Shown: positions 57,144 through 64,000 of the stretch, in pieces
Layout: each line of letters begins with the position of its first letter
Position numbering within the stretch: position 1 is the first letter of the stretch
From: Candidatus Zymogenaceae bacterium
GTDB lineage: Bacteria > Desulfobacterota > Zymogenia > Zymogenales > Zymogenaceae
DNA length: 64,000 nt
Assembly: GCA_016931225.1 (NCBI GenBank)
Contig: JAFGFE010000015.1
Coordinates: 2,858 to 66,857 of the forward strand
Direction: 5' to 3'
The notes under the pieces: generated by a model
Told to the model about the DNA's origin: nothing
Databases searched by the model: none
The model's input: the letters and a program-made list of their open reading frames with translations, nothing else
Program-made: the position numbers and the translations under genes

Positions 57144-57596
57144 TTACGAAGTCTCCTGCTTATCTGTGTCCGGTTTCTTTTTGGGCGTGGTGGTTTTCTT
57201 GGGGGTGGTGCTCTTCTTGGGAGCAGTGGATGTTTTCGGCGCTTCCTTCGGCTCCGGCTGATCGCTCATGTGTTCCTTGATACTGCTGATCTCCTTTTCG
57301 ATGGCGTCGACCTCGGCCTTGTATCCCTTTATCTCTTCGATCGCCGCTTTCACATCCGGATCAGTCAGGATCGCGGTTTCCTTTCCATCCTCGATGTGTT
57401 CGTAGACGAGTCCGCCGAGCTTGGTAAATCCCTGGTGAACCTTTCGCTGAATGGTCGACAGGTCGATTTTCTTTCTCAGTATCTTGCCCTGGCTCTCAAC
57501 CTGTTTGCTGAGTTTTCCCAGTTCATCCTTGAGCACCCCAAATCCCTCGACGGCGTTTGTCTTGATGTCCTCCCACAGTTCATTGATTTCACTCAT
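57144..57596 (-). CDS. coiled-coil protein with histone-H1-like Lys/Thr/Pro-rich C-terminal tail
   Basis: N-terminal heptad-rich region. C-terminal 'APKKSTTPKKTTTPKKKPD' repeats. Confidence 0.5.
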   Translation of the reverse strand: MSEINELWEDIKTNAVEGFGVLKDELGKLSKQVESQGKILRKKIDLSTIQRKVHQGFTKLGGLVYEHIEDGKETAILTDPDVKAAIEEIKGYKAEVDAIEKEISSIKEHMSDQPEPKEAPKTSTAPKKSTTPKKTTTPKKKPDTDKQETS

Positions 57597-57703
57597 ATCT
57601 CATATGCTCCTATTGAAAATGGTTACTACATAACAGACGGTCGGCGAAACGAGCGACCGTGTTCATACCGTGTTAATTAATATAAGCACCGGGCACATTA
57701 TTT

Positions 57704-58165
57704 TCAAGAAGGTGAAAAGATCCGCGCAATGCGTACTTCCATATTATCCCGATGTGTGCCCGGCCATAGTATCTTTTTGCATTCGGGACACCGGGTAAAT
57801 TCGGTGTGAACGCCGGAGACATACTCCGGCACAAGATCCGCCACATCATCCCGATTCACTGTTTCGACCGGTCGATTGCAGTCGATGCACCGGGTAAAGG
57901 AGCATCGGTTTTCATATATCGGCAGCAGAAGGTTGAGAAGTCGCAGCTGATCCTCCCAGAGATTCTGATCGAGAAAAACCACCGGGCGCCCCCTGAACGT
58001 GTGACGTCTGACGATATAAATGCGTTCATCCGGATCGGAGAGATCATCGACGGTGACCGATGTATCGTCGATGTCGTTCAGGATGACCGGATAGAGAGAA
58101 TCGTATCCCATAATCCGGAGCCACTTCGCCAGCTTTCCTAGGGGGGGCGACACGGAAAACTTCAT
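57704..58165 (-). CDS. Mut7-C (DUF82) PIN-like RNase domain protein with C-terminal zinc ribbon
   Basis: 'LGKLAKWLRIMGYD' start. C-terminal 'CIDCNRP...CPECKKILWPGTH' is the Mut7-C signature. Confidence 0.6.
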   Translation of the reverse strand: MKFSVSPPLGKLAKWLRIMGYDSLYPVILNDIDDTSVTVDDLSDPDERIYIVRRHTFRGRPVVFLDQNLWEDQLRLLNLLLPIYENRCSFTRCIDCNRPVETVNRDDVADLVPEYVSGVHTEFTRCPECKKILWPGTHRDNMEVRIARIFSPS

Positions 58166-58422
58166 CGATTGTCTCTTTTAAATGTACCGTCACCAGGGAG
58201 GGCGCCGTCCTCGATGGCCGTGGAAATCAGTGATTCCGCCCGCTCAACCATGGAGAGGGGCACGGCGAATCGCTGTTCGGGGAAATGGTCGATGGTCAGG
58301 GGGTAGGGGGTGATCCGCTGGTCTCTGAGGATATACGGAATATTGTTTTTAGACAGGATATCTTCGATGAGATCCGCCTCGAAATCGTTGTACGCGAGGT
58401 ATATTTCTTCATAACTCTCCAT
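58162..58422 (-). CDS. small DUF2007-like protein, 4-bp overlap with the Mut7-C gene
   Basis: 86 aa, acidic. 'FEADLIEDILSKNNIPYIL' resembles the DUF2007 beta-alpha-beta core. The ATGA overlap suggests translational coupling. Confidence 0.35.
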   Translation of the reverse strand: MESYEEIYLAYNDFEADLIEDILSKNNIPYILRDQRITPYPLTIDHFPEQRFAVPLSMVERAESLISTAIEDGALPGDGTFKRDNR

Positions 58423-58539
58423 GGTTCATATTGTACCGTGAACCGGAATGTTTGACAAGACAAATAACCCGCCCAGGTGTGTGGACACGAACAAGCGGCA
58501 TATATTATACGTATCCTGAGAAGAACGAATATCTCCGAC

Positions 58540-58568
58540 ATTGACGTAAGTGGAGAAGATGATTATAA
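58540..58568 (+). promoter_or_regulatory. sigma70 promoter for the MoxR operon (TTGACG-17 bp-TATAAT)
   Basis: Consensus-quality hexamers at 58540-58545 and 58563-58568 with a 17-nt spacer, about 80 nt upstream of the MoxR start in an AT-rich divergent region. Confidence 0.55.
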
Positions 58569-58648
58569 TAATAACATTACAATAGGGATATTATTATAAC
58601 CCTCAACCTGAAACACCGGCACATTCTCGGAGAAAGCACATATAAGAG

Positions 58649-59632
58649 ATGGACGGAACAAAGCTTCATGTGACACATGCAAAGCCGGAATCCGGCACAG
58701 CACAGATCATTGACACTCTGATCGAAAATGTCGAGTCGGTAATATTCGGAAAAACCGACGTCATTCGACGCGCCGTCACAACACTCATCGCGGGCGGGCA
58801 TTTGCTCATCGAGGATATCCCCGGTGTTGGGAAGTCCACCCTCGCCCATACGTTGGCACGATCTGTCGGAGGGAGTTTTCGCAGGATACAATTCACCTCG
58901 GATATGCTGCCGTCGGACATCATCGGCATATCGGTGTTCAAAAAGGAGAGTGACTCGTTCGAGTTCGTTCCCGGGCCGATATTCGCCAACTTCGTGCTTG
59001 CCGATGAGATCAACAGGACATCGCCCAGGACACAGAGCGCCCTTCTGGAGGCGATGAACGACGCGCAAGTCTCGATCGAAAACACCACACACAGGCTGCC
59101 CCGACCGTTCATGATCCTCGCCACCCAGAACCCCCTGGAATCCCATGGCACCTACCCGCTCCCGGAGTCCCAGCTGGATCGCTTCATGATGAGCGTCACC
59201 ATAGGCTATCCGAATACAAGCGATGAGATGAGGGCGGTTGTTTCCCAGGGACGTGAGACCGGTGTGGATGATATACAGCCTGTCATGAATACGACGGAGC
59301 TGGAGGTTCTCCAACGGCAGGTGGACCGGATACACATCCATGAGGATGTCCTTGATTACCTGATGCGAATGGTCAACGCCTCACGACTGTCACGGCACAT
59401 TCGCCTCGGTGTGTCGACTCGGGGGGCGATCTTCCTCAAACGAGCCGCACAGGCGTCGGCCCTCATGAACGGGCGGTCATACGTGACGCCCGGAGACGTC
59501 AAGGAGCTGGTTAAACCGGTATTCACCCATCGTGTGATTCTCGCGTCAAATTCGCTATCCGAGAGAGACCGCATCGTGGAGACATCCCACGTGCTTGACG
59601 ATATCATTGAATCCCAGAACGCTCCCTATTGA
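58649..59632 (+). CDS. MoxR-family AAA+ ATPase
   Basis: Walker A 'PGVGKSTLA', Walker B 'LADEINR', and 'ATQNP'. Confidence 0.9.
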   Translation: MDGTKLHVTHAKPESGTAQIIDTLIENVESVIFGKTDVIRRAVTTLIAGGHLLIEDIPGVGKSTLAHTLARSVGGSFRRIQFTSDMLPSDIIGISVFKKESDSFEFVPGPIFANFVLADEINRTSPRTQSALLEAMNDAQVSIENTTHRLPRPFMILATQNPLESHGTYPLPESQLDRFMMSVTIGYPNTSDEMRAVVSQGRETGVDDIQPVMNTTELEVLQRQVDRIHIHEDVLDYLMRMVNASRLSRHIRLGVSTRGAIFLKRAAQASALMNGRSYVTPGDVKELVKPVFTHRVILASNSLSERDRIVETSHVLDDIIESQNAPY

Positions 59633-59713
59633 CGATCCGTTCGTGAAATACATCGAAGAGACCTCGTTTCACGGAACAGGGAACGGATCGGCGGGGAGGA
59701 TATTGAAACATAC

Positions 59714-60712
59714 ATGGGACGCACAATCGTAAAGATCAGGGCATTCTTCGTCAGGATTTTCACACCGCCAAGAACCCTCAAGATAAACACTTCGGGCAGG
59801 TACTTCATCGGCATTACCCTGGCCGTCGGGCTGGCCGCGACCAATACCGGCAATAACCTCCTGTATATTATTCTCGGGGCGCTCCTTTCGTTCGTTGTCG
59901 CATCGGGTATTCTTTCAAACAGCGCCCTGAAGAAGCTTCAATTCTCCCGGGTTCTTCCAGACCGGGTATTTTCTCGAACCCCAATCCTGTACGGTGTCTC
60001 CGTTTTCAATCAGAAGAAGTACGCCCCCTCGTATCTCATCACGATACGTGACGGATCGGTGGCCGAGCGATCCGGCCTTTTTCCCATCGTCACCGCAGGA
60101 GAGACGGCGTCCACGGTAATGGAGGCGGTATTTCCCAAAAGGGGCCGGCATACGATGGAAAAGCTCACGGTAACCACCACCTTCCCCTTCGGACTGTTTA
60201 CCAAGGGGATGACCGTCGATCCCGGCGATGAAGTGATGGTTCTGCCCCGAATTAAAAACGTCGTCCGGCTCCCCGAGGAACTCAGGACGATCTCCGGGGA
60301 CGAATCGAGATCGGCGTCCGGAACGGGTGAGGAACCGTGGAACATCGTCGAGTTTGCATCGGGAGACAATCCGAGGCACATCCACTGGAAGAGCAGTGCG
60401 AAGCGAGACGAGATAATGAAAAAGGAGTTTATGGCTCAGGCGGAACGGATGATGACTTTCAGGCTTGTCGATATCGAGGGTGACGAAGATATATTAGAGG
60501 AACGCATTGAGCAGGCGGCGACACTGACCGATCACTTTATACGAAAGGGACATCCAGTGGGCCTGTGGCTTCCCGATCGTTTCATCGCCCCGAAGCGGGG
60601 CGCGGCCCAGTGTACAGAGATCCTCGAGGCGCTGGCGCTCTTTGAGCCACACGGCGGGACGACCATCACGACGCCCAACCCCGACATCACCGGGATGGTG
60701 ATTGATGTGTGA
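59714..60712 (+). CDS. DUF58 domain protein (MoxR partner, vWA-like)
   Basis: 'ASGDNPRHIHWKSSAKRDEIMKKEF' is the DUF58 core. N-terminal TM helices. Confidence 0.85.
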   Translation: MGRTIVKIRAFFVRIFTPPRTLKINTSGRYFIGITLAVGLAATNTGNNLLYIILGALLSFVVASGILSNSALKKLQFSRVLPDRVFSRTPILYGVSVFNQKKYAPSYLITIRDGSVAERSGLFPIVTAGETASTVMEAVFPKRGRHTMEKLTVTTTFPFGLFTKGMTVDPGDEVMVLPRIKNVVRLPEELRTISGDESRSASGTGEEPWNIVEFASGDNPRHIHWKSSAKRDEIMKKEFMAQAERMMTFRLVDIEGDEDILEERIEQAATLTDHFIRKGHPVGLWLPDRFIAPKRGAAQCTEILEALALFEPHGGTTITTPNPDITGMVIDV

Positions 60713-60768
60713 AAAAAGGGTAGGTGTCTATTTTTTATGTGAATGACGAATGACGGCGCACCCGTGAC

Positions 60769-62880
60769 ATGTCTATGCGCATCAACACACAGTTCAAAAT
60801 AGCCAGTTACGGCGTTATCGCCGCAGGCTTCATCACCCTTCTTTTGACGGGAAGGCTCGGTATCGTCCAGACCGGTGTCATGGCGGTATCGTTCATTGTC
60901 AGCTGGAGGTTCGGATCGAGGATTGCCGATCTCCCGCATGCAACGAAGGCGGCGAACGTTCTGATCGTGTCGATACTCGGGATATTGCTTGTCAGGTTCA
61001 TTTTTCTAGACGCCTCGTTCGTCACGACCACCGTGGACTTCTTCATCTTCGTACAGGCGATCCGCATACTGTTTCTCACCCAGTTGCGTCATTATCTCCA
61101 GTCCTACCTTATCAGTCTGTTTTCAGTCCTGGTCGCCACGGTGTTGACGTTTTCCCCGATCTTTTTTGCGATGTTCGTCGTGTATCTCTTTGTGGCGACA
61201 TACGCCATGATCCTGTTTACCATGGTTTCCGAGATACACCGCATAAAGGGAGCGGTGAACGACGACCTGAAAATGCACGGCCGTCCGCTCATCGTCATGA
61301 CGTTTCTGACGACGCTGTTCGTCATTGTTTCAGGATCGCTGGTGTTTATTACGTTTCCCCGGCTCTCGTTCGGATTTCTTCCCTCATCGATTATGGAGCC
61401 CGTGGGTATCACCGGTTTTTCCGAAAATGTGGCGCTGGGAGAGGTCGGTGAGCTGAAAATCTCCGAGGCCGTGATCATGCGGGTGGTTATCGGGGAGGAC
61501 GACCTTGAACGAATGGGGGCGGGGCCCTACTATTTCAAGGGCACCGCGTTTGATCATTTCGACGGAACATACTGGGAAAGGACCGTCGTCGGGAGGACAA
61601 CGATAGCGAAGCGATACAATCGGTTTATTCTTGAAAAAGACACCTCGGGTACCGTTATCACACAGGAATATTTTATGGAGCCCACGGACAGCAGGGTTCT
61701 GTTTACCTGGGGAACGCCGATAATCGTCGATGGGCCGTTTGTGAATCTTCATCATGATGCATACGGCACACTGGAGTTTTCCCGGTCGTTTCTGGATAAA
61801 ATTCGATACACGGTTTATTCCGTCCCGACAGATGAGGTGTGGGCGAACGATTGGAGAGGCGATTTTCGCTCCGGACTCGATAATCGAGAGGAATATCTGC
61901 AGCTTCCCGTGGGGCTGGACCCGCGGATACCGGCGCTCACGGGGGATTTGACCGACGGACTGACCGGTGATGAAATAAAAACCGAGGCGATCCGTGATTA
62001 CCTGATAGAATATCTCGCATATGATCTCAATACCGGTATGAGCGGCGATGATCCCCTGGCCGATTTTCTTTTTGAGGAAAAAAAGGGATACTGCGAGCAT
62101 TTCGCCACCGCGATGACGATTATGCTCCGGACACAGGGTATCCCCGCCCGCCTTGCGACCGGGTTTCTCTCGGGAGAATTCAACGAATACGGATCGTTTT
62201 TTATCATACGGGCCAGCGACGCCCACGCCTGGGTGGAGGTCTACCTGGATGGGCGGGGGTGGGTGATATTCGATCCCACACCTCCCGCGGGCCGGACGAC
62301 ATTCACACGGAGGCCGGGCCTCCGAGCACTCGTGGATACCCTGATCATGCGTTGGAACATATACGTGGTCAATTACGAGATACAGGATCAGCTGGGTATG
62401 ATCGAGGGGACGATCGAGGCGACGGAGAGGGGGAAGAAGAAGCTTTTTTCATGGAAGGGCGGTATCGACAAGATTGTCCTTCGAATACAGTCGCTTCGGT
62501 CGGGCGATGTCACACTCCCGGTCGTGGGGATTATCGGCATCGGCATGATCACAGCGGCGGTTTTCATCTGGTTTCTGGTTCAGGTCGTCGTCTTGAGACG
62601 CTCGCGAAGGCGTGCAGGGGTGGCCGGGGAATATGATCGTCTGGTGAAGCTCGCAAAAAGGAAAGGAGTAGTAAGGGAAAAATGGATTACCCACCGGGAA
62701 TTTGCGGAGAAACTCGCCGATCACTGGCCGGGTATCGCAGATGATGTGTTTGATGTGACCGATATTTACAGCGGCGTTCGATTCGGCGACGTATCCGAAA
62801 CCGAAGAGGAAATCAGAGATGTTCACCTGATGGTATCGCGGATCGCCGCAGTCATGAAAAACGAGACAATGATGAATTAA
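60769..62880 (+). CDS. transglutaminase-like family membrane protein (DUF3488-TGase-DUF4129 type)
   Basis: Multi-TM N-terminus. Transglutaminase core 'GYCEHFATAMTIMLRTQGIPARLATGF' and 'DAHAWVEVY'. A C-terminal TM helix and DUF4129-like tail. Confidence 0.85.
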   Translation: MSMRINTQFKIASYGVIAAGFITLLLTGRLGIVQTGVMAVSFIVSWRFGSRIADLPHATKAANVLIVSILGILLVRFIFLDASFVTTTVDFFIFVQAIRILFLTQLRHYLQSYLISLFSVLVATVLTFSPIFFAMFVVYLFVATYAMILFTMVSEIHRIKGAVNDDLKMHGRPLIVMTFLTTLFVIVSGSLVFITFPRLSFGFLPSSIMEPVGITGFSENVALGEVGELKISEAVIMRVVIGEDDLERMGAGPYYFKGTAFDHFDGTYWERTVVGRTTIAKRYNRFILEKDTSGTVITQEYFMEPTDSRVLFTWGTPIIVDGPFVNLHHDAYGTLEFSRSFLDKIRYTVYSVPTDEVWANDWRGDFRSGLDNREEYLQLPVGLDPRIPALTGDLTDGLTGDEIKTEAIRDYLIEYLAYDLNTGMSGDDPLADFLFEEKKGYCEHFATAMTIMLRTQGIPARLATGFLSGEFNEYGSFFIIRASDAHAWVEVYLDGRGWVIFDPTPPAGRTTFTRRPGLRALVDTLIMRWNIYVVNYEIQDQLGMIEGTIEATERGKKKLFSWKGGIDKIVLRIQSLRSGDVTLPVVGIIGIGMITAAVFIWFLVQVVVLRRSRRRAGVAGEYDRLVKLAKRKGVVREKWITHREFAEKLADHWPGIADDVFDVTDIYSGVRFGDVSETEEEIRDVHLMVSRIAAVMKNETMMN

Positions 62881-62988
62881 TCGACGCTTTTTATGACATG
62901 ATACGTCTTGCGTTTCGGGTATGGTCGTGATACAAGTACAGATACTTTGTGCGGCATTCAGAAAACCTCTTTGAAGGGGGTATGATCC

Positions 62989-63759
62989 ATGGACGCCAAC
63001 TTGTTCTCTTTGGATGGGAAAAAGATCCTGATTACCGGGGGGAGTCGCGGAATCGGTCGGGCCATCGCGGAAGGATTCGCCCTTGCGGGTGCGGATGAAA
63101 TCGCGATCTGCGCCAGGAAAGAGGAAAGCCTTGCCGAAGCCGCGAGCGCCGTCGAGAAGAAGGGGGCTCGGGTCCTGTCGATATCGGCACATCTTGGCAA
63201 ACTTGAGGATATAGACGGGATGTTCGAGACCATACAGATGGAATTCAATGGTCTGGACGTCCTGGTCAACAACATGGGCATGAATATCTTTACCCCTTCG
63301 GTGGTGGACGCCGACGAGGCGCTGTGGGACAAAATCATGGACCTCAACCTCAAGTCGGTGTTTCTCGTCTCCCAGCGGGCGGCGAAGATCATGAAAAACT
63401 CATCGAGGGGAAAGATCATCAACATCAGCACGGTTGCTGCACGCAAGGCGACGCCCGGGCTGGGCATCTACGGTGTCGCCAAGGCGGGGGTGGAGATGCT
63501 CACAAAGGTGCTGGCGGCGGAGCTCTCTCCGTTCAACATCCAGGTGAACGCCATCGCCCTGGCGATGATAAAGACGAAGTTTTCAGAGCCCCTCTGGTCG
63601 AACGATGTCCTCAAGCAGCAGATCGAGGCCAGCAACCTCATGGGACGTATCGCGGAGCCCGAAGAGGTTGTCGGCGCGGCGCTCTATCTGGCTTCCGAAG
63701 CATCGAGCTTCATGACCGGGTCGGTTCTGACCCTTGACGGGGGAACCACCGCAAAGTAG
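62989..63759 (+). CDS. SDR family oxidoreductase
   Basis: 'ILITGGSRGIGRAIA' Rossmann motif, 'NNMG', and catalytic 'YGVAKAG'. 256 aa. Confidence 0.85.
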   Translation: MDANLFSLDGKKILITGGSRGIGRAIAEGFALAGADEIAICARKEESLAEAASAVEKKGARVLSISAHLGKLEDIDGMFETIQMEFNGLDVLVNNMGMNIFTPSVVDADEALWDKIMDLNLKSVFLVSQRAAKIMKNSSRGKIINISTVAARKATPGLGIYGVAKAGVEMLTKVLAAELSPFNIQVNAIALAMIKTKFSEPLWSNDVLKQQIEASNLMGRIAEPEEVVGAALYLASEASSFMTGSVLTLDGGTTAK

Positions 63760-63858
63760 TCGTCTGTATGATGGGGGGCTCTTGTGGGGAGCCGCCGATT
63801 TCGTGGGAAGAGGGGCTCTGGTGAAATACCGCCGATCTGAGAACAGGGGAATTCTCTG

Positions 63859-64000
63859 ATGATTATCGAAAATATATCCACCGTCGCATTCGAGGAGGGA
63901 CTCAAGAAAACCCGTACCGTCATCATCCCCCTGGGGGCCGTGGAGGAGCACGGCCCACATCTTCCGATGAACACCGATATCCTCCACGCGTATGTGATTG
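63859..64000 (+). CDS. creatininase-family amidohydrolase, N-terminal fragment truncated by the window edge
   Basis: 'TVIIPLGAVEEHGPHLPMNTDI' matches the creatininase-family N-terminal metal-binding motif. There is no stop before the window ends. Confidence 0.45.
   Translation, partial: MIIENISTVAFEEGLKKTRTVIIPLGAVEEHGPHLPMNTDILHAYVI

Overview
This 64 kb window reads as an ordinary, gene-dense bacterial chromosome segment with high GC, short AT-rich intergenic promoter islands and many 4-17 bp gene overlaps. I found no rRNA or tRNA genes, no CRISPR array, and no transposase, integrase or other mobile-element signature. The gene order resembles Geobacter-type Desulfobacterota, but I cannot assign a lineage from sequence alone.

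From left to right:
- A partial DmpA-family peptidase, a DUF1015 protein and a small N6-adenine methyltransferase sit at the start of the window.
- A large regulatory block follows: rpoN, hpf, ptsN, a short-form hprK, rapZ, a complete mannose-family PTS (EIIA, IIB, IIC, IID), then ptsH and ptsI.
- The methyl cycle genes metK and ahcY come next, then a DMT/EamA exporter.
- A minus-strand operon carries a lytic transglycosylase, a TPR protein, pgsA and a hypothetical protein.
- nadB, a periplasmic PEBP (YbhB/YbcL) protein and a Wzx-like flippase follow.
- An accessory-looking stretch contains hisB, two tandem membrane-anchored GH2 glycosidase paralogs, and, divergently, two V4R-domain genes, one of which is frameshifted.
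- A conserved minus-strand operon (xseA, two inserted M23 peptidases, xseB, ispA, dxs, tlyA, glpQ-like, a small hypothetical) runs next.
- After that come a TPR protein, tsaD, a DUF2062 protein, rsmA and an MBL-fold hydrolase.
- Two CheW-like genes precede a response regulator that carries a roughly 450-residue acidic disordered region and a conserved C-terminal helix (RomR-like architecture).
- valS, nadC, birA, coaX and an EF-G paralog follow.
- A small operon encodes a SPOR lipoprotein, a repeat/acidic protein and an MglA-family GTPase with a roughly 170-residue C-terminal extension.
- The window ends with a coiled-coil protein bearing a histone-H1-like KK/TP tail, a small gene overlapping a Mut7-C/PIN-like nuclease, a MoxR–DUF58–transglutaminase triad, an SDR oxidoreductase and a partial creatininase-family gene.

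The loci I would look at first are the MglA-long/partner operon, the RomR-like regulator with the CheW pair, the duplicated GH2/V4R region, and the complete PTS inside the rpoN cluster.
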